Positions 10,356 to 19,956 are shown, numbered from the stretch's first letter. The stretch: 64,000 bases of DNA from Candidatus Moraniibacteriota bacterium (GCA_013334575.1 JAAXXG010000002.1:5377-69376); one strand, 5' to 3'. Notes: generated from the letters alone by a model not told the origin. Numbers and translations are program-made.

Positions 10356-11099
10356 TTATCGCAACAGAATGACACTTCCCTCAGATCTCTCCTGAAGCGA
10401 CAAAACGCGGCGACCCAGCCGCTTCTCATATACCTGAAGTTCGGACGCGAATCCCGGTTCGAAGTGATGTGTAAGCTTCTTGACGGGAAACTTGACGAAA
10501 ACCTCGAAAAAATTCGAGGCGAACAACGCTAACGAAGCGGGATCACGTGCACCACAAATCTCATGCTCCCCTAAGATGGAAACGACATCATCCACAAAAA
10601 CCGCTCCCTCCCGTTCGAACGACATCGCATCCGAAAGCAGGAAGATCTTCTGCAAGGCAGACGGTCCGCTTCCCGCTATTCTGCGGACTTCGAATCGAGG
10701 ATCGGCCATCCGTCCTACCGATTGCCAGGTGGACGCGTAATAATTGAGCAACGGCGCAAAAACTCCCCGCTCGACGGATCCGAAGTACTTCTCCCCGAAT
10801 ACGGTCACCATCTCGCCGAACACGCGATCGGTGAATTCCGACACGTCGTCCCCGATGGAATCGGTCCCGATGACACCGATTACCTGAGCCAGCGCCAGCA
10901 TGAACGGAATCCGTTTTAGCGATCCCGGCGTCGCTCTGACCAGATTTTTTCTCATGGCACGGATCTCTTCCATCCGGCGACGAAGATGTTCGACGGTTCG
11001 AAAACTTCTCTTTTTTTGCATGATTCGCCACTCGAATTCGGCTTGTCTGTCCACGACGAGCTCCTCGAGCAATACTGATTTGCCCTTCACTGATGGCAT
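10356..11099 (-). CDS. Hypothetical protein, possibly a ProC-C-terminal-like (DUF2520-type) fold
   Basis: The 247-aa ORF contains an AGSGPSAL segment reminiscent of the P5CR dimerisation domain. The family assignment is weak. Confidence 0.35.
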   Translation of the reverse strand: MPSVKGKSVLLEELVVDRQAEFEWRIMQKKRSFRTVEHLRRRMEEIRAMRKNLVRATPGSLKRIPFMLALAQVIGVIGTDSIGDDVSEFTDRVFGEMVTVFGEKYFGSVERGVFAPLLNYYASTWQSVGRMADPRFEVRRIAGSGPSALQKIFLLSDAMSFEREGAVFVDDVVSILGEHEICGARDPASLALFASNFFEVFVKFPVKKLTHHFEPGFASELQVYEKRLGRRVLSLQERSEGSVILLR

Positions 11100-11184
11100 G
11101 ATGGATTTGTTTGGTTTGGAAAAGAAAAAAACACCGCCCGATAATATCGCATCGGGCGGTTCCGGTCAAACGCACTCCGTCGCA

Positions 11185-12102
11185 TCAGATCCGCAGATAC
11201 CGGCGGATCGCGATAAGGCTCGAGACGACCCCGAGAACCACGCCCGCAATAACGGTCCCGGGAACGAATACCCACAAAAACGAGAGGTAGACGCGGAAGA
11301 ACGTCTTCCCGCCGAGAATCTCGGAGAGGAACGGGCCGGCGTTCCCGGAAAGCGCCGCCGCAAGAGCCGTCAGCAGGAGCACCGTCACCGTAGCGGCGGT
11401 AAGTCCGTAGAAGACACCCTCGAAGAAGAGCGGCATGCGGATATACAGGTTCGAGGCGCCGACGAGCCGCATGACCTCGAATTCCTGCCGGTGCGAATAG
11501 ATCGTAAGCCGGATCGTATTGAACGTGATGAGGATTCCGATGATCACGAACATCGCGCCGAGTCCGAGACCGATCGTGCGAGCCCTCGACGTCAGTTCGT
11601 TGAGCCCGTCGATCCGCTTGCGGTTCCGCTCGTAATTGATCTCCTCGATATCCTGGCGAAACGCTGAGGACCGGATCTGCTCCGCGATAAGGTCGTAATC
11701 TTTCGGCTCGTTCGCACGGATGGAAAGGGAGGAGAGAAGCGGATTCTCTCCGATCGTCTCGACGGCATCCGCTACGGCCGGATTCCCGTCCTTCAGAAAC
11801 TCCTCGAGCGCCTTTTCCTTCGAGACGTAAGTCACCGAGGCGATCTCGCGATACTTGGAAAGGTCGTCCCGGATCTGCAGGATGCGCGACTCGGACACGT
11901 CGGGACGGAACGAGACGCTGATACTGATCTTGTTCTCGAGATTCCGTACCGCAAGACTGCCGGCGAATCCGACCAACGCGGCGAACCCGATGACCGAAAG
12001 GGAGAGTGCGAGGATGCTCACGGTCGCGAAAGTGAGCCACCCGTTACGCCGGTAATTCTCGACCCCTTCCTTGAAAGTCCTCCAGAGCTTGATCGTCTTC
12101 AT
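11185..12102 (-). CDS. ftsX: Cell-division ABC transporter permease FtsX
   Basis: The ORF begins [35 protein letters not shown] and has 4 TM helices with a large periplasmic loop. It overlaps the ftsE stop by 4 nt. Confidence 0.85.
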   Translation of the reverse strand: MKTIKLWRTFKEGVENYRRNGWLTFATVSILALSLSVIGFAALVGFAGSLAVRNLENKISISVSFRPDVSESRILQIRDDLSKYREIASVTYVSKEKALEEFLKDGNPAVADAVETIGENPLLSSLSIRANEPKDYDLIAEQIRSSAFRQDIEEINYERNRKRIDGLNELTSRARTIGLGLGAMFVIIGILITFNTIRLTIYSHRQEFEVMRLVGASNLYIRMPLFFEGVFYGLTAATVTVLLLTALAAALSGNAGPFLSEILGGKTFFRVYLSFLWVFVPGTVIAGVVLGVVSSLIAIRRYLRI

Positions 12103-12956
12103 ACGCGTGTTCGTTTTTTCGTTCCCTTACCGGCCGGCACGGCACCGGGAAAGACGTATCGTCCCTCCATCTCGTCGCTCGCTACCCGGCCGCGGTCGAG
12201 CGCGATGACCCGTCGCCCCACCTTGTTCACGAGTGCCTGATTATGCGTGGCAAGGATGACGGTGGTGCCCAGCTGATTGATCTCGAGCAGGAGGTCGATA
12301 ATCCCTTCCGCCGAGACCGGATCAAGGTTTCCGGTCGGTTCGTCGGCGATGATGATCTTCGGCTGCAGGATAAGCGCCCGGGCGATGGCGACGCGCTGCT
12401 GTTCTCCTCCGGAGAGCTGTTTCGGAAGATTTCCCGCCTTCGCGCCGAGATCGACGATATCGAGGATCTGCGGCACCTCGTCGAGGATCTCGTCGGTCGG
12501 ACTTCCGTACACCTCGAGCGCGTACGCCACGTTCTCGAACGCCGTCTTCTGCGGCAGCAGCTTGAAATCCTGGAACACCGTCCCGATATTGCGACGGTAA
12601 TAAGGGAGGTGTTTCCGATTGATCGTCGAAAGGTCGCGCCCATTGAACGAAACGGCTCCGGATGTCGGCTCCACTTCAGAATAGATAAGTTTGAGCAAGG
12701 TCGATTTTCCCGCGCCGCTCGCGCCGACCAGCGAAACGAACTCGCCGGGAAGGATATCGAAGCTGACACTCGAAAGGGCCGGCGTCCCGTCCGGATATGC
12801 CTTTGAGACGTCATCGAACCGGATTATCGGGAGCGCGATGTCGGAGGATGAGTCACCGTACGTCTGATAGTCGGAAGTCATCGGCTCTCCCGTCGCCCCG
12901 TTTCCGGCATCCGTCTCCGGCATTCTGGTCCTTGCGTTATCCATATCGGCGTTCAT
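12099..12956 (-). CDS. ftsE: Cell-division ATP-binding protein FtsE
   Basis: Walker A is GASGAGKST, the signature [15 protein letters not shown] and Walker [16 protein letters not shown] 12956 is chosen because it lies 17 nt downstream of the prfB stop; the ORF track extends upstream to 13133, overlapping prfB, but that N-terminal extension is Arg-rich and probably not real. Confidence 0.85.
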   Translation of the reverse strand: MNADMDNARTRMPETDAGNGATGEPMTSDYQTYGDSSSDIALPIIRFDDVSKAYPDGTPALSSVSFDILPGEFVSLVGASGAGKSTLLKLIYSEVEPTSGAVSFNGRDLSTINRKHLPYYRRNIGTVFQDFKLLPQKTAFENVAYALEVYGSPTDEILDEVPQILDIVDLGAKAGNLPKQLSGGEQQRVAIARALILQPKIIIADEPTGNLDPVSAEGIIDLLLEINQLGTTVILATHNQALVNKVGRRVIALDRGRVASDEMEGRYVFPGAVPAGKGTKKRTRV

Positions 12957-12973
12957 GTTCGTATTATGATCGA

Positions 12974-14071
12974 TTATCGTTCCTCCGAGGAGCGGTACCG
13001 AAGCGCCCGTTCGATAAAGGTCTCTATCTTGCCGTCGAGGACTCCGGCCGTATCGGCGGTCTCTTCCTTGGTCCGGTGATCCTTCACGAGATTGTACGGA
13101 TGAAGCACGTACGATCGGATCTGATTGCCCCACTCGGCGCTCTTGTGCTCGCCTTTGAGCTCTTTGGTCTCCCGCACCCGTTCTTCGATCGCCCGCTGAT
13201 ACAGCTTCGCCCGGAGGAGTTTCATGGCCTGTTCGCGGTTCTGGAGCTGCGAACGTTCGCTCTGTGAACTGGCAACCACCCCCGTCGGCAGATGCGTCAC
13301 ACGGACGGCGCTCTCGGTCTTGTTCACATGCTGGCCACCGGCTCCGGACGCGCGATAGGTATCGATCCGAAGTTCCTCGGGTTTCACCTCTACCGCCCCG
13401 GTATCCGACAACACTGGGAGCACCTCGACAAGAGCGAACGACGTCTGCCGCAGCCGATCGGCATTGAACGGCGACAGGCGGACCAACCGATGGACGCCCG
13501 CCTCGGTCCGGAGGTATCCGTAAGCGAATTCTCCGCGTATCTCGATAGTCGCGCTCTTGACACCGGCCTCGGTTCCGCGGGATTCATCGATCACGACGGC
13601 ATCGAAGCCGGCACGTTCCGCATATCGAAGGTACATACGCAGCAGCATTTCCGCCCAATCCTGAGCGTCGACACCGCCGGCACCGGCATGAACGGACAAC
13701 AACGCGTCGCCACGGTCATGAGGACCCGAAAACAGGAGTTTAAACTCCCATTCTTCCAGCTCCCTGGAAAGAGATTCCGCCTGTGAAACCATGTCCTTTT
13801 CCTCTTCGGGTCCGAGCCCTTCAATCACCGAGAGCTCCTCGAGGTCGCGCAGCTCGCGGCCGATCCGATCAAGCGCCCCAAGCTCCCGTTCGATCGACTC
13901 AAGCTCCCGCAACGTCGCGGCGGCCGCCGCCGGATCGTTCCATAGATCGGGACTGACGCTTTTTTGCCGCAATTCCTCGCGTCTGAGTTCTTTCGCAGGG
14001 ACGTCAAAGGCATTCCCGCAGGGGCGGGAGTTTCTCCTGAAGCGCGACGATGGTTTCACGGAATCCTTCCA
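12974..14071 (-). CDS. prfB: Peptide chain release factor 2, made from two frames joined by a programmed +1 ribosomal frameshift
   Basis: Frame 0 (14071->14003) reads MEGFRETIVALQEKLPPLRECL-UGA. The +1 frame continues DVPAKELRREEL...SPFNADRLRQTSF...GGQHVNKTESAVR (GGQ motif). The shift site is CUU UGA C, as in E. coli prfB. Confidence 0.9.
   Translation of the reverse strand, partial: WKDSVKPSSRFRRNSRPCGNAFDVPAKELRREELRQKSVSPDLWNDPAAAAATLRELESIERELGALDRIGRELRDLEELSVIEGLGPEEEKDMVSQAESLSRELEEWEFKLLFSGPHDRGDALLSVHAGAGGVDAQDWAEMLLRMYLRYAERAGFDAVVIDESRGTEAGVKSATIEIRGEFAYGYLRTEAGVHRLVRLSPFNADRLRQTSFALVEVLPVLSDTGAVEVKPEELRIDTYRASGAGGQHVNKTESAVRVTHLPTGVVASSQSERSQLQNREQAMKLLRAKLYQRAIEERVRETKELKGEHKSAEWGNQIRSYVLHPYNLVKDHRTKEETADTAGVLDGKIETFIERALRYRSSEER
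14002..14008 (-). other. Programmed +1 frameshift site CUU-UGA-C in prfB
   Basis: The heptanucleotide CTTTGAC sits in frame with the upstream ATG at 14071 on the minus strand, and the RF2 body is in the +1 frame. Confidence 0.85.
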
Positions 14072-14164
14072 TGGCCTTCCCAGTGTACCATGTTTCCCCC
14101 GATTCCGGAACTCCCCTCCCGGTTGCCAAACCGTCCGATATCCGCTATCCTGATTCCGTCGTTC

Positions 14165-14237
14165 GCCGATGTAGCTCAGTTGGTAGAGCAACGCACTCGT
14201 AACGCGTAGGTCGCCGGTTCAAGCCCGGCCATCGGCT
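14165..14237 (+). tRNA. tRNA-Thr (anticodon CGU)
   Basis: The sequence is GCCGATG-TA-GCTC-AGTTGGTA-GAGC-A-ACGCA-CTCGTAA-CGCGT-AGGTC-GCCGG-TTCAAGC-CCGGC-CATCGGC-T. T-loop and D-loop are canonical. CCA is not encoded. Confidence 0.85.
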
Positions 14238-14242
14238 CAGGA

Positions 14243-14284
14243 AACGAAACGCGCCCCGATAAAACTGGGCGCGTTTCGTTTATC
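14243..14284. terminator. Bidirectional rho-independent terminator
   Basis: A 15-bp perfect stem AAACGAAACGCGCCC / GGGCGCGTTTCGTTT has a T-run on the plus strand and an A-run on the other side. It sits between tRNA-Thr and the convergent dsbA-like gene. Confidence 0.65.
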
Positions 14285-14306
14285 CGGAGGAATGCCTCAG
14301 GAAACG

Positions 14307-15413
14307 CTATTCCGAAAGTTTAGCATCGACCGCCTTCTTCAGATCCTCGTACGGGATAGCTCCGGCAACGAACTCGTCACCGACAAAGGTTCCCGGCGTC
14401 CCATCCACGCCGAACGACGAAGCTTCAGCGACATCGGCCGCCACCTTGTCGGAAAACTTCTTCGAATCGAGACAGCCCGCGAAATCGGCATACTTGAGCC
14501 CGAGCTGCCGTGCATAGTCCTTGAAACGCTGTGTCCCCTTGGCCGCTCCCCATTCAGCCTGCCTGGCAAACAACAAATCCGAATACGCCTGGTATTTTCC
14601 CTGCTCGTTCGCACACTCGCCGGCAAGCGCCGCATTCTCCGCCTGTGCATGAAACGGAAGCGGCAGCTGCTTGAAGACAAACGCGACCCGGTCTCCGTAC
14701 TCGGAAAGCATTCTCTTGACCGTCGGATAGAATGCCTTGCTGTACGGGCACTGGAAATCGGAATACATCACGACACGGAGTTTCGCGTCATGGGAGCCGA
14801 ACACGATCGTATCGTCCCCGACCGACGGCGTCGTAAGATACTTACCCGGAGCAAGTCCGAGCTTGGACGTATCGAGTACGTATGAACCGTCCTTCTCGGT
14901 AAAAATCTCGCTCGCCGCCGCAAAGAAATCGGTCGCGGCAACGGCATCGGAAAAGATGAAGGCCGGGAGCGTCTTCACGCCGTATGTCTCGGCAAGACGC
15001 TTCCCCTCCTCGGAGGACGCTTCAACCGGCACCGCCTCCATCGTCGGCAGGATTCTTCGGAACCACACGAGCGCCTCATCCGGAGAACACGCCGCACACG
15101 ACTGGTCCGTCAGCACCTTCACGGCGACTTTCGGTTCCGAATAGGCGACCCACGTCTTTCCGGCCGCCTCAAGGATATTGCTCTCGCGGACGGCACGCGG
15201 CGAGTATCCCTCACGAGTGAGCAACTGGGCCACATCGACAAACAGGCTTCCGACCAGCAGGCCTCCGAGCAACACCGCGATCGCGGTCAGATTCTGAATC
15301 TTCAGGTCGCGATCGTCGCGCGCTTCCGTCATCGTTTCTTCGAAGAAGTTCTCGTTGCCGCTCATAGCATTCGGTTCATGGATTACCGTTCTTCCGATCG
15401 TCACTGCTGACAC
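14307..15413 (-). CDS. DsbA-family thiol:disulfide oxidoreductase with a signal anchor and two thioredoxin-like modules
   Basis: CxxC motifs CAAC and CPYS are each embedded in thioredoxin-fold context (MYSDFQCPYSKAF...). There is an N-terminal TM helix. The start is GTG 15413 or ATG 15365. Confidence 0.7.
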   Translation of the reverse strand: MSAVTIGRTVIHEPNAMSGNENFFEETMTEARDDRDLKIQNLTAIAVLLGGLLVGSLFVDVAQLLTREGYSPRAVRESNILEAAGKTWVAYSEPKVAVKVLTDQSCAACSPDEALVWFRRILPTMEAVPVEASSEEGKRLAETYGVKTLPAFIFSDAVAATDFFAAASEIFTEKDGSYVLDTSKLGLAPGKYLTTPSVGDDTIVFGSHDAKLRVVMYSDFQCPYSKAFYPTVKRMLSEYGDRVAFVFKQLPLPFHAQAENAALAGECANEQGKYQAYSDLLFARQAEWGAAKGTQRFKDYARQLGLKYADFAGCLDSKKFSDKVAADVAEASSFGVDGTPGTFVGDEFVAGAIPYEDLKKAVDAKLSE

Positions 15414-15820
15414 GATCCGCCTTCGGGCGCCGCTTCCTGCTCCTGGCCGCCGAGAGCGGCCGATTCCGCATTCTTCTGCGACACCCTCCGCTGCAGCTCG
15501 TTGAGATCATACGCGCCGGCACCCGGCCTAAGCGTATAGTCCTGATACCCGATCGTGACGATTCCGCCGGCAATCGTCTTTACTCCGAAGCCGATTGCCA
15601 GTCCGATTACGAACAAGACGATCAGCCGTTCCTTCAAAGTCATCCGCGTCACGACCGAATCGCCATATGATACGGTCGACCGCACGCATCCGCGAACCTT
15701 TCCGCACGCCACGTTCGAAACGGCAAGCGCCCGCTCCCGGACCTTTCCATATACCGGACCGACCGCGATCCGGATTCTCTCCCGGACTTCCGCGACAGAT
15801 TCCTTCAGGTTTCCAGTCAT
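15401..15820 (-). CDS. Hypothetical small membrane protein
   Basis: The ORF has a single TM (LIVLFVIGLAIGFGV). Its start is uncertain, and an internal ATG would give about 80 aa. Confidence 0.25.
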   Translation of the reverse strand: MTGNLKESVAEVRERIRIAVGPVYGKVRERALAVSNVACGKVRGCVRSTVSYGDSVVTRMTLKERLIVLFVIGLAIGFGVKTIAGGIVTIGYQDYTLRPGAGAYDLNELQRRVSQKNAESAALGGQEQEAAPEGGSCQQ

Positions 15821-15882
15821 ATCGTCTGCGTTACCTACTTGTTTCGGCCCTGTATCATACCACGCGCATTTTTCGTCAACAA

Positions 15883-15911
15883 TTGACGTTTCCTTTCAAA
15901 TATGCTAGTAT
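15883..15911 (+). promoter_or_regulatory. Sigma70-type promoter: TTGACG, 17-nt spacer, TAGTAT
   Basis: Read directly from the sequence. The spacing is consensus-like, and it lies in an AT-richer patch 50 nt upstream of the SD for the small Cys-rich ORF. Confidence 0.45.
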
Positions 15912-15963
15912 TTATCGTAGTTTCATTAACCGAATTCACGCAACCACCTATCAGGAGAACAGA

Positions 15964-16176
15964 ATGCCGCCGTTCAACACCGATATCCCCAACTCTTCCC
16001 CTACCCCTCTTCATCAGTGTCCCCGTATAACAAATGGGGGATCCATGTGCGACGCCTGTGCCGCTGCCGGCGGTTGCGCACCGGAAGGATGCGGTAAGAG
16101 AAACCCCTCTCCCACCGCGCCACCAACCGACCCCGCCGATAAAACAGCCAAGTCGGATGCGGCCATATCCGCATAA
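15964..16176 (+). CDS. Orphan small cysteine-rich protein (70 aa)
   Basis: The SD is AGGAGAA 5 nt before the ATG. The product is MPPFNTDIPNSSPTPLHQCPRITNGGSMCDACAAAGGCAPEGCGKRNPSPTAPPTDPADKTAKSDAAISA. It is flanked by its own promoter and terminator. Confidence 0.45.
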   Translation: MPPFNTDIPNSSPTPLHQCPRITNGGSMCDACAAAGGCAPEGCGKRNPSPTAPPTDPADKTAKSDAAISA

Positions 16177-16185
16177 CGGCAACCG

Positions 16186-16223
16186 AAAGGCGATCACTTA
16201 CCTATGCGTAAGCGATCGCCTTT
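16186..16223. terminator. Rho-independent terminator hairpin
   Basis: AAAGGCGATC ... GATCGCCTTT is a 10-bp perfect stem followed by TTTAACGTTTT. It is shared with the 3' end of pheT on the opposite strand. Confidence 0.55.
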
Positions 16224-16262
16224 AACGTTTTCGGGACATACTATGTCTCGGGATGCCGCAGA

Positions 16263-18626
16263 TCAACCCGCCAGCGTCGCATCGAACCGTTCCCCGACGC
16301 GGGCGACGATATCGGCGACAGCCATCTCCGCTTCCTCTCCGGTCACGGTCCGGTCATCGTGTCCGAAGGCGATCCGGAAGGTCAGATTCCTCGTTCCGTC
16401 CGCCTTTTCGTACGTGTCGACGAAGCGGACATCGCGCACGAGTATCGACGCTTCGGCGATCGCAGAGGAAAGATCGCCGCCGCGTACGGCACGCGAAACG
16501 GACAGTGTCAGGTCACGGGTCGCAAACGGAAATCGCGGAAGCGGGCTATAGGTCACGACCTCGCCCGTCGAACGACGAAGCGCGTCGAACGGGATCTCTG
16601 CCGCATAAACAACGCCCCGGATTCCGTACGCCTCGGCGATATGCGGCGCGATCTCGCCCGCGATACCGAGGAAGGCTCCGCCGACCGATAACCTGGCAGC
16701 TCTCGTCGGATGAAAGAACGGCTCAGCCCCTTCGCCCTGCCCGAGCGGCTCCCAATCGACATTCTCAAGTCCGAAGGCGGCGAACAGTTTCGTGACCGCC
16801 CCCTTGAGCACGTCAAAGCCTTTCTCATCCTTCGCGGAAACCGCGACCAGCGACAGCATGCGCTCTTCCGAAGGTCCGCCGTCACGGCCGATCAGATATC
16901 GGTCACCGAGCTCGAAGAAACGGAAACGATCAAGGAAACGACGGTTTTCCGCGACCTTGCGGAGATGTGTCGGCAGGAGACTTCCCCGGAGGAACGCCTG
17001 ATCCGGATTCATCGGGTTCGAAAGGCGCATATGACGGGAATACGCTTCGGAGCCGAGCCGATGTGCGTCTTCCTCGGAATAGAACGAATAGGTCATGATC
17101 TCGTCCCATCCCGAATCGGCGAGGAATCGTCGAAGGTCCCGCGCGGCCGATACGGACGCGTTCACGTGCGGCGATACGAGCGGCAACAGCGGAGATCGAG
17201 CCGGAAAGGCATCGTAGCCGATCATGCGGCCGACCTCTTCGGCAAGATCCCACTGATCGGAGAGGTCGGGACGATAGGCCGGAACGGTCGCAAGCCATTC
17301 GGAACCGTCTTCCGAAACGGACACGCCGAGATACCCGAGCTTTTCCCGCGCATCCGAAAGATCGATGTCCGCATCGAACATGTCGCGGAACACGGAGGGC
17401 GAGAAGCGGATCGAAGCCGGCACGTCGGCATGCGTGACCGAATCGGAAGAAGAGACGACCCGAGCGCCGCACAGTTCCGTGAAGAGACGTACGGCATCCG
17501 TGGCCGCGGCATCCGCGCGTCCGGTATCGACATTCCGTTCGAACCGGTACGAGGCCTCGGTCAGGATCCGGTGCCGCTTCGCACTCTTCCTGACCGACGA
17601 GGTATCGAACGTGGCTATCTCGAGAAATACCCTCGTGGTTCCGGAGGAGATCCCGGAACGGTCTCCGCCCATGACTCCCGCAAGCGCGATCGGACGCTTC
17701 CGGTCGGCGATGACCAGATCCTCGGACGAGAGCGAAATCTCGGCCCCGTCGAGCAACGAGAGCGTCTCCCCCTCCTCGGCCTGCCGGATCACCACATCCT
17801 TCCCGATCACGTCGGCATCGAACGCATGCATGGGCTGACCATGCAGAAGCATCAGGTAGTTGGTAATATCGACCGCAAGCCCGACCGGCCGCAGTCCGGA
17901 CCGTAAAAGGGCGGCGCGCATCCACAGGGGAGAAACCGCTTCACGGACGCCCTCGAACAGTATGCCGACATATCGCCGACACCGGTCCGATACGATCTCG
18001 ACCGTTACTCCCCCCTTCGGCTTTTCCTGCGTCGGAAGCGGCGATGCGACCGGTCCATCGAACGCTCGCCCCTCGAGGGCGGCGATCTCCCGGGCGAGCC
18101 CGACATACGACAGCGCGTCGCATCCGCGGTTCGGAAGGATGTTCACGTCGAGGATCGTATCCTCGAGCCCGACATATCCGGAAAACGGTATTCCGATCGG
18201 GGCATCGTCCGGAAGAACGAGTATGCCGTCGTGATCCGAACCGAGCCCGAGCTCGTCCTCGGCACAGATCATCCCCGACGACGCGACGCCTCGGATCTTC
18301 GCCTCCTTGATCGTCAGTCCGTTCGGAAGGCTCGCTCCGGGAAGCGCGACCGCGACTTTCTGGCCCGCCGCGACGTTCGGCGCCCCGCAGACGATCGTCC
18401 GAGGCGCCCCTCCGGTTTCCGTGGTCACGGTCGTCACCTTCAGACGATCCGCATCCGGATGCGGCTCCACCGTCCCGACGAGTCCGACCACGACACCGTC
18501 GAGTCCGTGAGGAAACTTCTCGACCGATTCGACCTCGAACGCGTGGAACATGATGAGCTCGGCAAGCTCTTTCGGACTCTTCGTTGTTCCCGACAGTTCG
18601 CGGAGCCAGTTGTAGGAAAATTTCAT
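16263..18626 (-). CDS. pheT: Phenylalanyl-tRNA synthetase beta subunit
   Basis: ATG 18626 gives MKFSYNWLRELSGT... The ORF contains tRNA-binding, B3/4, B5 and FDX-ACB domains, read as an approx. 787-aa beta chain. The ORF track's upstream extension to 18902 is Arg-rich and unlikely. Confidence 0.9.
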   Translation of the reverse strand: MKFSYNWLRELSGTTKSPKELAELIMFHAFEVESVEKFPHGLDGVVVGLVGTVEPHPDADRLKVTTVTTETGGAPRTIVCGAPNVAAGQKVAVALPGASLPNGLTIKEAKIRGVASSGMICAEDELGLGSDHDGILVLPDDAPIGIPFSGYVGLEDTILDVNILPNRGCDALSYVGLAREIAALEGRAFDGPVASPLPTQEKPKGGVTVEIVSDRCRRYVGILFEGVREAVSPLWMRAALLRSGLRPVGLAVDITNYLMLLHGQPMHAFDADVIGKDVVIRQAEEGETLSLLDGAEISLSSEDLVIADRKRPIALAGVMGGDRSGISSGTTRVFLEIATFDTSSVRKSAKRHRILTEASYRFERNVDTGRADAAATDAVRLFTELCGARVVSSSDSVTHADVPASIRFSPSVFRDMFDADIDLSDAREKLGYLGVSVSEDGSEWLATVPAYRPDLSDQWDLAEEVGRMIGYDAFPARSPLLPLVSPHVNASVSAARDLRRFLADSGWDEIMTYSFYSEEDAHRLGSEAYSRHMRLSNPMNPDQAFLRGSLLPTHLRKVAENRRFLDRFRFFELGDRYLIGRDGGPSEERMLSLVAVSAKDEKGFDVLKGAVTKLFAAFGLENVDWEPLGQGEGAEPFFHPTRAARLSVGGAFLGIAGEIAPHIAEAYGIRGVVYAAEIPFDALRRSTGEVVTYSPLPRFPFATRDLTLSVSRAVRGGDLSSAIAEASILVRDVRFVDTYEKADGTRNLTFRIAFGHDDRTVTGEEAEMAVADIVARVGERFDATLAG

Positions 18627-18667
18627 AGACGCCTCTCTAGCTTGATTCTTGATTCCGGATACGCCCC

Positions 18668-19756
18668 TTAGAACTGCCGTATGAACCGAAGGTCCCCACT
18701 CATAAGAAGGCGGATGTCCGGGATCCGGCGTTTCATCATCACGAGCCGCTCGAGACCGAATCCCCAAGCGAACCCCTGGTACTTTCCGCGGGGATATCCG
18801 GCCGCTTCGAACACCTTCTGCTGTACCATTCCCGCACCGCCGACCTCGAGCCACCCGGTCCGCTTGCAGGCGGGACACCCCGCACCACCGCAGAGCACGC
18901 ACGAGATATCGAACTCGAATCCCGGTTCGACGAACGGGAAATAGCTCGGCCGCAGCCGCACTTCCACGTGACGTCCGAAGAACTCGCTGAAGAAGGTCTC
19001 GCCGAGATGCTTGAAATGTCCGACGGTCACGTCGCCCGTCTCCCCTACGACGAGACTCTCGAACTGATGGAAGGTATGCTCGTGCGACGCGTCGGTCGAC
19101 TCGTTGCGGAACACGCGGCCCGGAACGATGATCCGGAACGGCGGCGTATGCGTCTCCATATACCGCACCTGGACCGGCGACGTATGCGTCCGCAGCAGGT
19201 ATCGCGTATCGAACCCGTCGCTTTCGACGAAGAAGGTGTCCTGCATGTCGCGGGCCGGATGGTCGGCAGGCACGTTGAGCGCGTCGAAGTTGTAGAACTC
19301 GGTCTCGAGCTCCGGTCCCTCGGCGATCTCGAATCCGAGCCGGGTAAAGATGTCCTCGATCTCGCGGATCATCGTCGTCACCGGATGCAGGTGACCCAGC
19401 GGGTCATCAGCCCCCGGGAGCGACACGTCGATCCGCTCGGACTCCCAATCCCGTCCTTCGACCAGGAGACGTTCCTTCGCCGCGGCTGCCGCCTCCTCGA
19501 GCGCCCGACGGGCACCCTGAACGACCGGGCCGAATTCGCGCTTCTCCTCGGGCGAGAGGTCCTTAAGCCCCCTCAGGATCTCCGACAGCTCGCTCTTGCG
19601 CCCCAGAAGCCGTACCTCGGTTTCCGAACGGGACGCCTCGTCCGCCGCTTCCGAAAAAGCCCTTTTCCCTTCTTCCAGAATCTCCGAAATCCGTTCGATA
19701 CGCATAGGAAAGCCATGAATCGATTTCATCGTACCATCACGCCGCCGCGCGGTCAA
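18668..19756 (-). CDS. pheS: Phenylalanyl-tRNA synthetase alpha subunit
   Basis: Class II motifs are present (FRNESTDASHEHTFHQFE, GFAWGFGLERLVM). The ORF track's start is a TTG at 19756; internal ATGs for MKSIH (around 19729) or MRIERISEIL (around 19705) are more plausible. Confidence 0.9.
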   Translation of the reverse strand: MTARRRDGTMKSIHGFPMRIERISEILEEGKRAFSEAADEASRSETEVRLLGRKSELSEILRGLKDLSPEEKREFGPVVQGARRALEEAAAAAKERLLVEGRDWESERIDVSLPGADDPLGHLHPVTTMIREIEDIFTRLGFEIAEGPELETEFYNFDALNVPADHPARDMQDTFFVESDGFDTRYLLRTHTSPVQVRYMETHTPPFRIIVPGRVFRNESTDASHEHTFHQFESLVVGETGDVTVGHFKHLGETFFSEFFGRHVEVRLRPSYFPFVEPGFEFDISCVLCGGAGCPACKRTGWLEVGGAGMVQQKVFEAAGYPRGKYQGFAWGFGLERLVMMKRRIPDIRLLMSGDLRFIRQF

Positions 19757-19925
19757 AACGTTTCCCTTCGAGTTCCGTCGGTGCTATACTGTCGGCGAAA
19801 GCCTCCAGAACGGGACGCTGAACACAATGGAATCCACCTGGCACCCAGGGAAAAGCATTTTTTCCGACAGCTGCTTCTTCAGGAATCCATACGCGCCCCC
19901 GCATTGGGGGCTTTTCGTTTGAATG

Positions 19926-19956
19926 AAAAAGCGCAGGATGTTCGTCCTACGCTTTT
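19926..19956 (-). terminator. Terminator hairpin downstream of the 19979..20452 gene
   Basis: The stem GCGCAGGA / TCCTACGC has one mismatch and is flanked by an A-run and a T-run. Confidence 0.4.

Noticed and set aside
12974-14191. The ORF track's 405-aa RF2 ORF beginning MLYQLSYIGERRNQ...
   Set aside because: Its N-terminus is the reverse complement of tRNA-Thr (the classic LSYIGE antisense-tRNA artefact) and of the intergenic terminator. The genuine prfB start is the ATG at 14071, joined through the +1 frameshift at 14002-14008.
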